Origin: Okeania sp.
GTDB lineage: Bacteria > Cyanobacteriota > Cyanobacteriia > Cyanobacteriales > Microcoleaceae
Direction: 5' to 3'
Assembly (NCBI RefSeq): GCF_035285525.1
Contig: NZ_JAYKGW010000244.1
Location: 1 to 32,000, forward strand
DNA: 32,000 nucleotides
Shown here: positions 16,403 to 27,352 of the stretch, one piece after another
Numbering within the stretch: the stretch's first letter is position 1
Layout: every line of letters begins with the position of its first letter
The notes under the pieces: model-generated
Seen by the model: the letters and a program-made list of their open reading frames with translations, nothing else
The model's database searches: none
Told to the model about the DNA's origin: nothing
Translations under genes and position numbers: made by a program

Positions 16403-16493
16403 GCAAAGAAACCCGGTTTCTACACTAAATCACTGTTTTGAACAAGAAACATCTAGGAGAAACCGGCTTTCTGGGTTTTGCTGCGTAAGTCCT
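16403..16493. mobile_element. Family-A MITE ending 7 nt from the mysA stop codon
   Basis: GCAAAGAAACCCGGTTTCTACACTAAATCACTGTTTTGAACAAGAAACATCTAGGAGAAACCGGCTTTCTGGGTTTTGCTGCGTAAGTCCT; its internal part is collinear with 12009-12110. Confidence 0.8.
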
Positions 16494-16500
16494 TTGTCTT

Positions 16501-17829
16501 TTACTCTAGACCTAAATCACTCAAATACATTTCTTCGCCTTGTCCTTCACCAGGTAAAGCAGCACAATATTTCTTATGCTCCTCAACAGCAGATTCTAAG
16601 AACAATGAAGGTACTTCACCAGCAAAACTACAAGAACCAATACCTGTAGGTAGAGGTGCCCATAGACCACTACTACCACGCTTGCGACGCATATTTTTCT
16701 GACCTTTAAGCATTAACTCTGTATCTTCGATGATAGGATGGTAAACTGACAAGCCGATAGAAGAACACAAAGCAACGATGCGGTTGCGCTCTGCTTCATT
16801 TACCCAACCCATTTCTAAAGCTAGAGTAGCTCCAAAAGCCATACCAATACCTACAGCATGACCGTGCATCAATTTAGCTGCTGGCTCAAAACGAGGACTC
16901 CAGGTATGACCGTAAGCGTGAGGTCTGTCTTGATAGGTCTCGAACATATTTGTTCCTTCATGCTTCATGTAGGAATACAAAGCACGATAAATCACTTCAT
17001 CAGCTATTTTCACTAATTCCTCATCCGCATCAAAGTTGGCAAAATGAGTATCCAATAAACGCTTACCGTATTTTTCCATCAATTCAAATAATACTGGATC
17101 ATCGGTAACTGCCATTTTAATGATTTCTGCCATTCCATTACGAATATGACCTTTTGCCAGAGTAGCGAATAAAGTACGGTCTACAATAGTTAGTACAGGA
17201 GGATGGTAAGCACCAATACTATTCTTAAATAGATTACCATTTGTACAAGTACGAGGAGATGGAGCCGCATCAATAGCTGCCACAATTGAACTTCCAATCA
17301 TTACATAAGGTGTCCGTCTGTGTTGCAAACTACAAGCTAAACCTGCAACATCACTTAGTACACCACCTCCAATGACTAAAACAGGTTCGTTACGGGATAC
17401 ATCACAACCATCTTTACCCAAGAATGCCAATATTTTATGGACTGTTTCTGGAGTTTTGTCTGATTCCCAAGCACGACAAACAAGCACTTCTAAAGGAATC
17501 TCATTTTGATTAAAGTAATTTTTCAGTTTCTCTCCGTATAGCTCATCTACTGTCTTATCGACAACTGCTACACAACGACCACGACTTTTGTAAACTTCAG
17601 CTAAAGTAGGATCAGATGGATTTAAAACTCCAGTAACTAATCTTACTTCTGACTGGAGAGTAAATGTTGCATTAATTTGGAATGAACGACCATCTTCTAC
17701 AGCTCTGATTTCTCCACGGCCATCATACCATTCTGAGGTACGATATTTTTCTGCGTGCTCGCGACGAATACTTGGATCGAATGTAAAGTCGGCTTTTGTG
17801 ATTTCTTCTTTTACTGGAGTAGATACCAT
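16501..17829 (-). CDS. mysA: DHQS-like sedoheptulose-7-phosphate cyclase; by context desmethyl-4-deoxygadusol synthase (MysA)
   Basis: 442 aa with sugar-phosphate-cyclase motifs: VLVIGGGVLSDVAG, KNSIGAYHPP, RNGMAEIIKMAV, HAYGHTWSP, HGHAVGIGMAF. It lies directly upstream of mysB and mysC on the same strand. Distinguishing DDGS from EEVS/EVS needs an alignment I cannot run. Confidence 0.85.
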   Translation of the reverse strand: MVSTPVKEEITKADFTFDPSIRREHAEKYRTSEWYDGRGEIRAVEDGRSFQINATFTLQSEVRLVTGVLNPSDPTLAEVYKSRGRCVAVVDKTVDELYGEKLKNYFNQNEIPLEVLVCRAWESDKTPETVHKILAFLGKDGCDVSRNEPVLVIGGGVLSDVAGLACSLQHRRTPYVMIGSSIVAAIDAAPSPRTCTNGNLFKNSIGAYHPPVLTIVDRTLFATLAKGHIRNGMAEIIKMAVTDDPVLFELMEKYGKRLLDTHFANFDADEELVKIADEVIYRALYSYMKHEGTNMFETYQDRPHAYGHTWSPRFEPAAKLMHGHAVGIGMAFGATLALEMGWVNEAERNRIVALCSSIGLSVYHPIIEDTELMLKGQKNMRRKRGSSGLWAPLPTGIGSCSFAGEVPSLFLESAVEEHKKYCAALPGEGQGEEMYLSDLGLE

Positions 17830-19366
17830 AGTTTTTGGTTGTATTTAGGTAATTGTTTGCATTAGAACTTTAGCTTGCTGCTATCACACAACAAACTCTT
17901 GCGACTACACTTGAAGTTAGTATAGTAGCTTAATTTAATACTTGTTTGGGAACTACGCCCAGATAGCGATCACTACGGATATACCTGAAATCACGACTAA
18001 CCATACAACACATATAGTTGTGGCATAAGTCTCAATTATGATTTATATTGATGATATAACCTAAAGGACTTGCTATTTCTTGGGAGCAGTTTTTCAGTAT
18101 TGAATAATAGGGTAATTATTTTTGTTGCTATCTTGTGCTTGAATGTTAGTACATATAGCAAATTCCAAATATATGAAGCACAGATTTATTTATTAAATCT
18201 TCATAAGTAGCGATTTTTCGGGAACCGTCCATCCTACTCGCTTAAGTGTATCTCATAAAAGTGGAATCCGCTGTAATACATTAAATCTAGATGAATCTTC
18301 GTGTAAATCTTTTAAAGAATCACTTTGATCCACCATAAATTTAACAATTTTCCTAAAATAGAATATCCCATTATGCAATCGCTTTTTTATCACAGCAAAA
18401 CTTAGCTCAGTTTGCTTAACTGTTGATCGCAAAACTGAACTAATGCTTATTGGTTTTTGCTTATAATTGTGGTTCTCCACAATTCTATAGTGGAAAGTTG
18501 CTCTTCTTCTTTCTCGTCTAATTTCCACTTTAGATTAGAACCATGATTCACATTTTGATCTGGGTTTAATAGTTTCCTGATAGTTCTGGTGTCTAGCATA
18601 GTTGTTAAGTCCTCTGTTTATTACTAAATAACTTACTGATAAGTATTGATTGTGCCAACCTGAACCCTATTGAAAGTTTTTAGTTGGCCTTTAGAGATTT
18701 TGCTACTGCTTTTGCTGAAAGGCAAACTCAACAACTGATATTAAGTCCATAGCCAATGAGGGCTTTTCGGTACTTCTTGCCTACTTTAAAAAGTCCTACC
18801 TATGGTTAATAGCACATAATATTTTTATAGTCAAGTAATTAACTTAAAAATTAATTTTTTACTCTTGACTCTCAGTTTAACCCTAATTACTACTCTTTTT
18901 ACTTAATATTAATTTAATAGTTCTTAAGATTTATTAAAAATGTATAAAATTAGTAAATAATTTACATTTTTAACCTTATTTTATAGTAAGATACTTATTT
19001 TTTTCAATATAACTATTATCTAGTCCACCTAATGTCCAAGTTAGATATTAGGTATTGGAGTAAGTAGGGTTTGCGGAAAAAATATTTTTAAGGAGATAGG
19101 GTGATGGGGAGTAATTTTGTTGTCCAACTCTTCCCCAAAGTAGGCTCCTTTTTGAATCAGAGCTACTCAAAAAGTTGCACTTTTAGGGTTCCCGATAAAT
19201 CAGAACCTAAAAAAGCTAAAATCTTTAAATGATTTTTGAGAAAAAAAATTGTTTGGGTTTGGTCTCCAAACCCAAACGTAATTGGTCTCCAAACCCAAAC
19301 TTAAAGGGATTCGGCAACCGAACCCCCTTGGCTCAAATCTGACAATCTATTTAGGATTGCGATATA

Positions 19367-20245
19367 TTGCCAAGAATAACTTTTGATAAAAATAATATGG
19401 GGAACCAAGAATATCTAGCTTTACTCAATTGTGGCGTCATTGCTTGGAATGAATGGAGGGATAAAAATCTACATTTACAACCCGATTTTACTAATGCTAA
19501 CTTAAGAGGTTTAAATTTAGAAGGTGTTAATTTTCAAGGAGTAAATTTAACGGGAGCTAATCTATCTTTATGTAAACTGATTAATGCTAATTTTATAGAT
19601 GCTAATTTAACTTCAGCAGAACTGATTAATGCTAACTTAACTGCTACTAATCTTCAAGGTGCTAACTTAAGAAATGCTAATTTTATCTCTGCCGATCTCA
19701 GAAACGCTAATTTAAGTGAAGCGGATTTAGTTAATGCTAATTTAATTGGAACTGACTTACAAAATTCTAATTGTCGATATGTTGATGGAACTTCTGCTAA
19801 CCTGAGCAGAAGCAATTTAGCTAACGCAGATTTCAGAGAAACCAACTTCAGTTATGCTAATTTCAGTCATGCTAATCTTTATCAAACTGAATTAATTAAA
19901 GCATATTTTTACCAAGCTAATTTATACCATGCAAATCTAATTAGAGCTAGTCTAAGTAGGATTTATTTATCCAATTCTTCTTTAAGAGCAGCAAACCTTT
20001 ATAGAGCAGATTTGAGATTTGCTGAACTAAGAAAAGTTGACCTGCAAAACGCAAATTTACAAGAAACTTATTGCCGAAGTATTAATCTCAATCAAGCTAT
20101 TTTAACTAGAGCAGATTTGAGAGGAGCAAATTTGAGAGGAGCAGATTTGAGAAAAGTCGATCTTAGTGATGCTTTAATTGATAATATTAATCTTGTAGAT
20201 GCTAATCTTCAGAAAGCAATTATGCCTGATAGTAAAATTAATTAG
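19367..20245 (+). CDS. Pentapeptide-repeat protein
   Basis: Long run of A(N/D)L.. pentapeptides (NLRGLNLEGVNFQGVNLTGANLSLCKLINANFIDANLTSAELINANL...). The track start at 19367 is TTG; the first ATG (MGNQEY..) is at 19397, so the true start is uncertain. Confidence 0.88.
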   Translation: MPRITFDKNNMGNQEYLALLNCGVIAWNEWRDKNLHLQPDFTNANLRGLNLEGVNFQGVNLTGANLSLCKLINANFIDANLTSAELINANLTATNLQGANLRNANFISADLRNANLSEADLVNANLIGTDLQNSNCRYVDGTSANLSRSNLANADFRETNFSYANFSHANLYQTELIKAYFYQANLYHANLIRASLSRIYLSNSSLRAANLYRADLRFAELRKVDLQNANLQETYCRSINLNQAILTRADLRGANLRGADLRKVDLSDALIDNINLVDANLQKAIMPDSKIN

Positions 20246-20659
20246 GGTCTGCTGAAAAAGTCTTGATCAGGAGATGGGGTGATGGGGAGAGGTAGGGAGT
20301 AATTTTTTTGCCCAACTATGCTATAAGCCCAAAACCCCCTCTTTTTTAAACCTTTTTGACCTAAAAGCTGACACTTTTTCCAGACTTAAAATTCCTAAAA
20401 ACTTTGTCTGTAAAGGCTTTCAGTTTTATTCAGCCAGCCCTACTAATTAGGGTTGGCTCAAAAAAGCAGAACGTGGTCCGGGTGGGAACACAGAGGCAAT
20501 AGGAAAAATTATTTTTCCTTGATTTTTCTACCCTTGGTCTCCCTAAAATAAATCGTGACTTTATGATTTTTCGGGAACCGTGCTTAAGAAACCTAAAATC
20601 TGGTACTTTTTCCCGACCAGAAAATGCTAAAAGCTTTATCTAGAAAGGCTTTTATATTT

Positions 20660-20703
20660 CCATACGCCAGCCCTAATTAGAGTTTGCGTATGGAAGTTTT
20701 TTT
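20660..20703 (+). terminator. Candidate rho-independent terminator (also part of a duplicated ~110-nt repeat unit)
   Basis: CCATACGC (20660-20667) pairs with GCGTATGG (20686-20693) and is followed by AAG and T7 (20697-20703). A degenerate sister copy of the unit lies at about 20355-20470. Confidence 0.4.
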
Positions 20704-20757
20704 GCTAGAGTAGAAAGTAGATAGGGACATTGCATCCAACGTCCCTTGATGTTTAAC

Positions 20758-21237
20758 TTATTCATTAGGACCATCTAGTATTTCTTGTACCTCAATATTA
20801 GTTTTACCTAAAATTCTGGCTATAGGTGCTATTAAAGTGTTGTCTACTGGTTTGCCAGCATAAATATCCTTGAGCTCTTCAGGAGAAATTTTGTGAATAT
20901 CACAGAATTTAATAAACTCATGGCCACTCACTTGTAGCTGATCTTGCCTTTCCCGCAGTAAAAGAGCGATCGCTCTTGGTCCATATTTAGGTCGTTCCGC
21001 TAAAGCTATATATTTCTGCATTAAGTCATTAACTCTCGTTCTTTTTCCTCCTACCCGTCGCAATAAATCCAGACAAGCTAATCTCAGAGCTTTGCGTAAC
21101 CTTTCTTGCTCATTCATAACTTCGAGAATTTCCTCAGCATATTCGGGTTTACAAATGCCTACTAATTCTCCTTGATTTAAAATTGGCACATAGAAACCCA
21201 TTCCACATTCCCAAGGTGATTCTTCTTTGGTCATCAT
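20758..21237 (-). CDS. Hypothetical protein (159 aa), soluble; C-terminal part could be helix-turn-helix-like
   Basis: Clean ORF with balanced composition, unlike the surrounding repeats. I recognise no family. Confidence 0.6.
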   Translation of the reverse strand: MMTKEESPWECGMGFYVPILNQGELVGICKPEYAEEILEVMNEQERLRKALRLACLDLLRRVGGKRTRVNDLMQKYIALAERPKYGPRAIALLLRERQDQLQVSGHEFIKFCDIHKISPEELKDIYAGKPVDNTLIAPIARILGKTNIEVQEILDGPNE

Positions 21238-21285
21238 GCCTAAGTCTCCCAGTTTTCTTGAACTTGCTAGAATCAGATTAATATA

Positions 21286-21489
21286 CAGAACTTACACATT
21301 AACACTATTAGTAGTGGACTGTTTCATCTGAAATGATGCCATAAATGTAGGTTTGGTTGAGGTACGAAACAAGGGCAAAAATTTTTCTCCCCTACTTCCT
21401 AATGCACTATTTTAGGTGAAATAATCCATCAGTTAGCTTACTTCGTAACCCACCAAAACTCTATATATAGAGTCTTTGCGTCAGTCCTG
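21286..21489. mobile_element. Composite/degenerate MITE-like element (ends CAGAACTTACACA / TGCGTCAGTCCTG)
   Basis: The termini resemble the AGGACTTACGCA TIR (10 of 13). Internally it carries GTAGGTTTGGTTGAGGTACGAAACAAGGGCAAAAATTTT, also seen at 12200-12240, and CTAATGCACTATTTTAGGTGAAA. Confidence 0.55.
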
Positions 21490-21531
21490 ATGTACTAAGT
21501 TAATAGTTGCTAAATAAGTATTTTATTTTAT

Positions 21532-21556
21532 AAAAAAAACGAGAACTCTGTCCTCG
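21532..21556 (-). terminator. Candidate rho-independent terminator downstream of prfA
   Basis: The minus strand reads CGAGGAC-AGA-GTTCTCG (7-bp stem with one G-U pair) followed by T8. It lies 66 nt past the prfA stop. Confidence 0.5.
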
Positions 21557-21621
21557 CTTTTGGCTCGCAATTTCAGTTTAGATAAGTCATTCCACTTATC
21601 ATAAAGTTAACCTAATGTCAA

Positions 21622-22794
<1,173 letters not shown>

Positions 22795-23194
22795 TTATGT
22801 TAATTATTGTCTGTGATATTTGATAACTAAGTAAGTAAAACCTAAAGCCTCCTTTTTTCTTTCAATAAAGTAAGGATAGATAAGAAAAGAAGTTTCAGCT
22901 ATTAGCTTTCAGCTAGCCACCTAAGGAACTGCGCAATTCAGCAATAAAAACCTCAACCTTAAGGAGGAAATTTCAACGAATAAAGAAAGTGAAAACTGAA
23001 TTTTGTATCAGATAAAATTTCTGATTTATCAGGAACCGTATCAGAAAGCTTTTATCTCAATCTAAAAGGAATAGCTGAGTGCTAAATGCTGACTTCTGAA
23101 TGCTTACGTTTTAGATATTCTTGTATTCAGTTTCAGTAGAGGGTGCTGATCACTGAAATGACAGACAAATAATTAAGGACAATTGACATTCTAG

Positions 23195-23479
23195 CTATTT
23201 TTTACCCTTACCTTTTTTAGCTTTTTTAGCAGCTTTAGCTTTACTAGGCTTGGTAGATTTAGAATCACCACCCTCTTGTTTACTATATTTACGCATAAAT
23301 CTTTCAACTCTTCCCTCAGTATCAATAATTTTCTGAGTACCTGTAAAATAGGGATGATTTCCTGACCAAACATCAACATGAATTTCAGGTTGTGTAGAAC
23401 CAATTGTCATTACAACTTCACCGTTACAATAAACTTTTGCTTCTGGATACCATTGAGGATGAATACCAGTTTTAGGCAT
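23195..23479 (-). CDS. rpmE: 50S ribosomal protein L31
   Basis: MPKTGIHPQWYPEAKVYCNGE...HPYFTG...GRVERF plus a Lys-rich tail. Confidence 0.95.
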   Translation of the reverse strand: MPKTGIHPQWYPEAKVYCNGEVVMTIGSTQPEIHVDVWSGNHPYFTGTQKIIDTEGRVERFMRKYSKQEGGDSKSTKPSKAKAAKKAKKGKGKK

Positions 23480-23942
23480 TTTTTTTACTCTACTTAAATT
23501 ACAAATATTTTTACTTTTAACTTTTTTAATTCTAGAAAATAGTTCTTTAATAGAATTTAATTAATCATCTGATTTACACTTCTTTTTATCATATCAAATT
23601 GTTTGCCGATTCTGACAAAACAATAGGTGATAATTGACAAATTAATAAAGAACCCAGTAGGGTGTGTTAGCCAAGCTTAACGTACCATCTTTTAGAAATG
23701 ATTTATCCCACAGATTACTCGATAATTAATTTCTTATGTTATTTTTGAATTAATTTAATAGTGGTGCGTTACGGAAGTACGCCTAACAAACCCTACCGAA
23801 CTGTTTCAGCTTAAATGGTGCATTAGGGAGTAGGGGAGTAGGGGAGAAACATTTTTGTAACCTACAGCTATTGCACTATTTAAAGTGAAACAATGCATTA
23901 CTAGACTGACACAGCTAATGAGTGTGCAATAGCTTTTTTAGT

Positions 23943-24010
23943 AATCCCCCATCCCCCCTTTCAAAGGGTGGCTAGGGGGATGGAAGGGGGTTGGGGGGTT
24001 AGGTTTTTGC
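23943..24010. repeat. Family-D G/C-tract repeat
   Basis: AATCCCCCATCCCCCCTTTCAAAGGGTGGCTAGGGGGATGGAAGGGGGTTGGGGGGTTAGGTTTTTGCTC; the tail is identical in pattern to 4270-4297. An octamer array (GGGGAGTA) lies at 23826-23847. Confidence 0.6.
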
Positions 24011-24206
24011 TCTTCACATTTTCAAGTTTGACGCGCCAGTACCAAACTATGGTAATACTTTGAGCAAATTAAGATTGCTATTATATACAGCAGATTCTAA
24101 GCATAACAAAGTACAGATTTAATAATTAAATCTTCTCAGTAGGACTTTTCGGGAACCGTGCATCTTGCTCTCCTGGGTATACCTCACTACAATGGAATTT
24201 GCTATA

Positions 24207-24617
24207 TTAACGTTTGGAGTATTGAGATGCTTTACGCGCTTTGCGTAAACCATACTTTTTCCGTTCCTTAGCACGGGGGTCGCGAGTCAAATATCCTTCT
24301 ATCTTTAGAGGTTTACGATTTTCTGGATCTAGCTGACACAAAGCTCTAGCTACACCCAATCTAATCGACTCAGCTTGTCCTGTTAGTCCACCTCCTGTAG
24401 CCTTAACTAGAATGTCATATTCATTTTCCAAACCTAAAGTTTCTAGTGGAGCTTTAGCAGATGTTAAATAACTATGATTATACTGTAGGTACAGTTCACC
24501 TTCTTTACCATTAATAATTAATTTGCCTGTACCTGGAACTAAACGTACTGATGCCACCGAAGATTTACGACGGCCAGTACCCCAATACATAGCACGGCCA
24601 CTATCTGTTCCTTGCAT
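24207..24617 (-). CDS. rpsI: 30S ribosomal protein S9
   Basis: 136 aa; GTGRRK...GGG.TGQA.A...G.ARAL...LTRD.R..ERKK.G..KARK..Q.SKR. Confidence 0.97.
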   Translation of the reverse strand: MQGTDSGRAMYWGTGRRKSSVASVRLVPGTGKLIINGKEGELYLQYNHSYLTSAKAPLETLGLENEYDILVKATGGGLTGQAESIRLGVARALCQLDPENRKPLKIEGYLTRDPRAKERKKYGLRKARKASQYSKR

Positions 24618-25072
24618 TATACTTTTCCTCCTGGAATAGTTGTAATAGTTAATTTTTCTGGTTGTTGAGCTTCGTGAGGGTGGTCAGGTCCAGGATAAAC
24701 TTTTAATCTGTTGTGCAGTCTTCTACCCAAAGAATTTTTGGGTAGCATCCCGAAAACTGCCTCTTCTATAATTCTTTGAGGTAAACGAACTTGTAATTTA
24801 GAAAAAACTTCTGTTTTCATACCACCTGGTCTTCCCGAATGGCGACGATAAAGTTTCTGACTACTTTTTTTACCAGTTACGGTTACTTTTTCGGCATTAA
24901 CTACAATTACAAAGTCTCCTGTATCCAGATGAGGAGTATAAGTAGGTTTATTTTTTCCCCTAATAATCATGGCAATAGCAGTTGCCAATCTTCCTAAACG
25001 CTGACCTTCAGCATCAATAACATACCATTTTTTGCCATCAACATCCTCTTTAGGCAAGTAAGTTTTATTCAT
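24617..25072 (-). CDS. rplM: 50S ribosomal protein L13
   Basis: 151 aa; [39 protein letters not shown]. Its stop overlaps the rpsI start by 1 nt (TAATG). Confidence 0.97.
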   Translation of the reverse strand: MNKTYLPKEDVDGKKWYVIDAEGQRLGRLATAIAMIIRGKNKPTYTPHLDTGDFVIVVNAEKVTVTGKKSSQKLYRRHSGRPGGMKTEVFSKLQVRLPQRIIEEAVFGMLPKNSLGRRLHNRLKVYPGPDHPHEAQQPEKLTITTIPGGKV

Positions 25073-25226
25073 AATTTTCTTTGTTAGTTATTGTTTTTAA
25101 ATTATTTGTATAGCAATCCTGAATAGATTGTAATGTTTTATTGTAGGGGTTTGGTCTCCAAGCCCAAGCACAAATTGGTGTAGTGAGCAAACCTATACAA
25201 TTTTTTTTCACAAGTCATTTCATATT

Positions 25227-25328
25227 CAGGACTAAAGCCATGGGAACCCAGAAACCTGGTTTCTCATAGATTTTTATTCTCAAAAACAATGATTTACCCT
25301 AGAAACCGGGTTTCTTTGCGTAAGTCTT
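25227..25328. mobile_element. Family-A MITE
   Basis: CAGGACTAAAGCCATGGGAACCCAGAAACCTGGTTTCTC...CCTAGAAACCGGGTTTCTTTGCGTAAGTCTTG. Confidence 0.8.
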
Positions 25329-25431
25329 GATATTGCTACAGTAGTGGTGCATTGGAATTATTTTTTTGCCAGATATAGAATTAAATTTAGAGAATCTTGC
25401 TCCCATAACCAGGATTACCTATTCCTATCAA

Positions 25432-26250
25432 TTAAGAAAGGATAAATTTGGGCATACTATCATACCATATCTCTTGAGGAAAAGGAAATTCTGGGTAACC
25501 GACCCGCAATAAACAAAGACCACTAGCTGGAGCTGAATGCTTGACAAATTCCCTTCTTTGATTTATCCAAATATCTGTAAAACTTTCCAGCGATCGCTCT
25601 TTTTGACCTACTTGAATCAGTAACCCCACCAATAACCGCATCATTCCATACAGAAATCCACTTGCTTGAACCTCTATATGAATAAATGGACCTTCTCTTT
25701 GACAATTAACCTCTTGCACATCTACCCAAGAATGGGGACGAGAAGAACCAGCTTTTTGAAAAGCAGCTAAATGATGACGGCCAATTAAAGGATTCAAAGC
25801 TGCTTGAATTAATAGTGGGTCTAAATCTGCTTGATAGTAATGCCAAACAAAAGGTATCACAAACAAATTAGGTCGTTTATCTGTATATATAGTATATCGA
25901 TAACGTCGCCAAATCGCTGTAAACCGAGAATGCCAGGTAGATTCTACTTGAGCCGATCCTCTAATCAAGATATCATTATTCAATCGTGAATTGAGGATAG
26001 TAGCCCATTTTTCCGCCGGAATGGGGCCGGAAACATCAAAATGAGCTACCTGAGCTGCTGCATGGACTCCCGCATCCGTTCTACCTGCCCCATGTAAAGT
26101 TACAGGTTGATTAGTCACAGAAGAGATAGTATTTTCAATTTCTTCTTGTACGGTTCGTTGATTTGGCTGCCTTTGCCAGCCATGAAAATTAGTACCTTGA
26201 TATTGAATTACAAGAGCAACGCGCTGGACTAAAGTTTGTTTATTAGCCAT
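25432..26250 (-). CDS. truA: tRNA pseudouridine(38-40) synthase
   Basis: 272 aa; YQGT.FHGWQRQ, GAGRTDAGVHA, RRYRY, FLY.M.R..VG. Confidence 0.93.
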   Translation of the reverse strand: MANKQTLVQRVALVIQYQGTNFHGWQRQPNQRTVQEEIENTISSVTNQPVTLHGAGRTDAGVHAAAQVAHFDVSGPIPAEKWATILNSRLNNDILIRGSAQVESTWHSRFTAIWRRYRYTIYTDKRPNLFVIPFVWHYYQADLDPLLIQAALNPLIGRHHLAAFQKAGSSRPHSWVDVQEVNCQREGPFIHIEVQASGFLYGMMRLLVGLLIQVGQKERSLESFTDIWINQRREFVKHSAPASGLCLLRVGYPEFPFPQEIWYDSMPKFILS

Positions 26251-26716
26251 CAGAGATTTGCAGTTTCCAAAGCTGGCTTTGCTGAATAAATATATTATTT
26301 TAGAGGATTCAGGATCTAGAAAGTAGTTTTTTCCTAGTCAGACAGTTAGAAGGAAAATCTGTCTGATTTATATTTTATAGATATATAGAACCCCTAACTG
26401 TATCTTTACAAAGGTGTGTTTTTTTGCCAAAGAAGTAAGTCAGGAGTCAACCCACCCCTAACCCTGACCATGGAGGGGAAATAGGGAAAAACCTAGAATT
26501 AGAGCCTTATATTCACCATCTCCCCATCTCCCCATCTCCCCCCATCTCCCCAACTAATTTTGGAGACCTGTTTAGGGGTTCTATAGATATAGGAATTTTA
26601 TACCTAAAATCAGCAATGCCTTGCTCGACATTAATTTTTGACTTTGATATAAATGATATGGTAAGCTTATCTAGTTTAGTCTAGCACTGTTTGAGAAGAC
26701 CTACAAAGATAAATTT

Positions 26717-26963
26717 TGATATAGCATTAAAAACTATAACGTTATAGTTTTGAGTCTTTCCAGCCTAGTTAATTTACCATTGCTTGAGCCAGACTTAACT
26801 GTGATAGGACTAAAGCCATGAACGCTACTGGTAGGGTTTGTTTCGCTGCGCGACATGAAAAGCGCACAAAGCACAAGGCAGCAAGACTCTATATCTAGTT
26901 ACTTTGCGTAAGTCCTGTGTGATATAACATTAAAAACTATAACGTTATAGTTTTGAGTCTTTC
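26717..26963. repeat. 44-bp direct repeats (one mismatch) flanking a 159-bp insert that contains a family-B MITE
   Basis: TGATATAGCATTAAAAACTATAACGTTATAGTTTTGAGTCTTTC (26717-26760) and TGATATAACATTAAAAACTATAACGTTATAGTTTTGAGTCTTTC (26920-26963). Each contains the perfect 22-nt palindrome AAAACTATAACGTTATAGTTTT. Confidence 0.9.
26806..26917. mobile_element. Family-B MITE
   Basis: AGGACTAAAGCCATGAACGCTACTGGTAGGGTTTGTTTCGCTGCGCGACATGAAAAGCGCACAAAGCACAAGGCAGCAAGACTCTATATCTAGTTACTTTGCGTAAGTCCTG. Confidence 0.85.
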
Positions 26964-27001
26964 AAACTTAACAATGGGCAAACTCTGACGTTTTCCTTGA
27001 C

Positions 27002-27352
27002 TTAAATCAATTCAATAATTGCCATCTCTGCATTATCTCCACGACGAGGAACAGTTCTCAAAATACGAGTATATCCCCCATTGCGAGAACCATATCTATC
27101 TTCTACCTGAGCAAATAAAGTGTGAACAAGCTGTTTATCATAGAGATAACCTAAAGCACGACGGCGAGCTGCTAAAGAACCATCCTTTGCCAAAGTAATC
27201 ATTCTTTCAACTTCTGACTGTACAGCTTTAGCACGAGCTTTAGTAGTAGTAATTCTACCATGACGAATTAATTGAGTGGCTAGCGATCGCAAGAGAGCGC
27301 GACGCTGGTCTGCTGGTTTACCTAACTGGGGAACACGACGACTATGACGCAT
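27002..27352 (-). CDS. rplQ: 50S ribosomal protein L17
   Basis: 116 aa; MRH..R...LG....R.ALLR.L...L..HGRI.TT..RAKA....ER.ITLAK. Confidence 0.96.
   Translation of the reverse strand: MRHSRRVPQLGKPADQRRALLRSLATQLIRHGRITTTKARAKAVQSEVERMITLAKDGSLAARRRALGYLYDKQLVHTLFAQVEDRYGSRNGGYTRILRTVPRRGDNAEMAIIELI

Noticed and set aside
18253-18528. 91-aa GTG-initiated ORF as a real gene
   Set aside because: It has a non-ATG start, an AT-rich low-complexity translation and no recognisable family, and it overlaps another short frame. I treat it as a possible gene remnant only (see findings), not as a feature.
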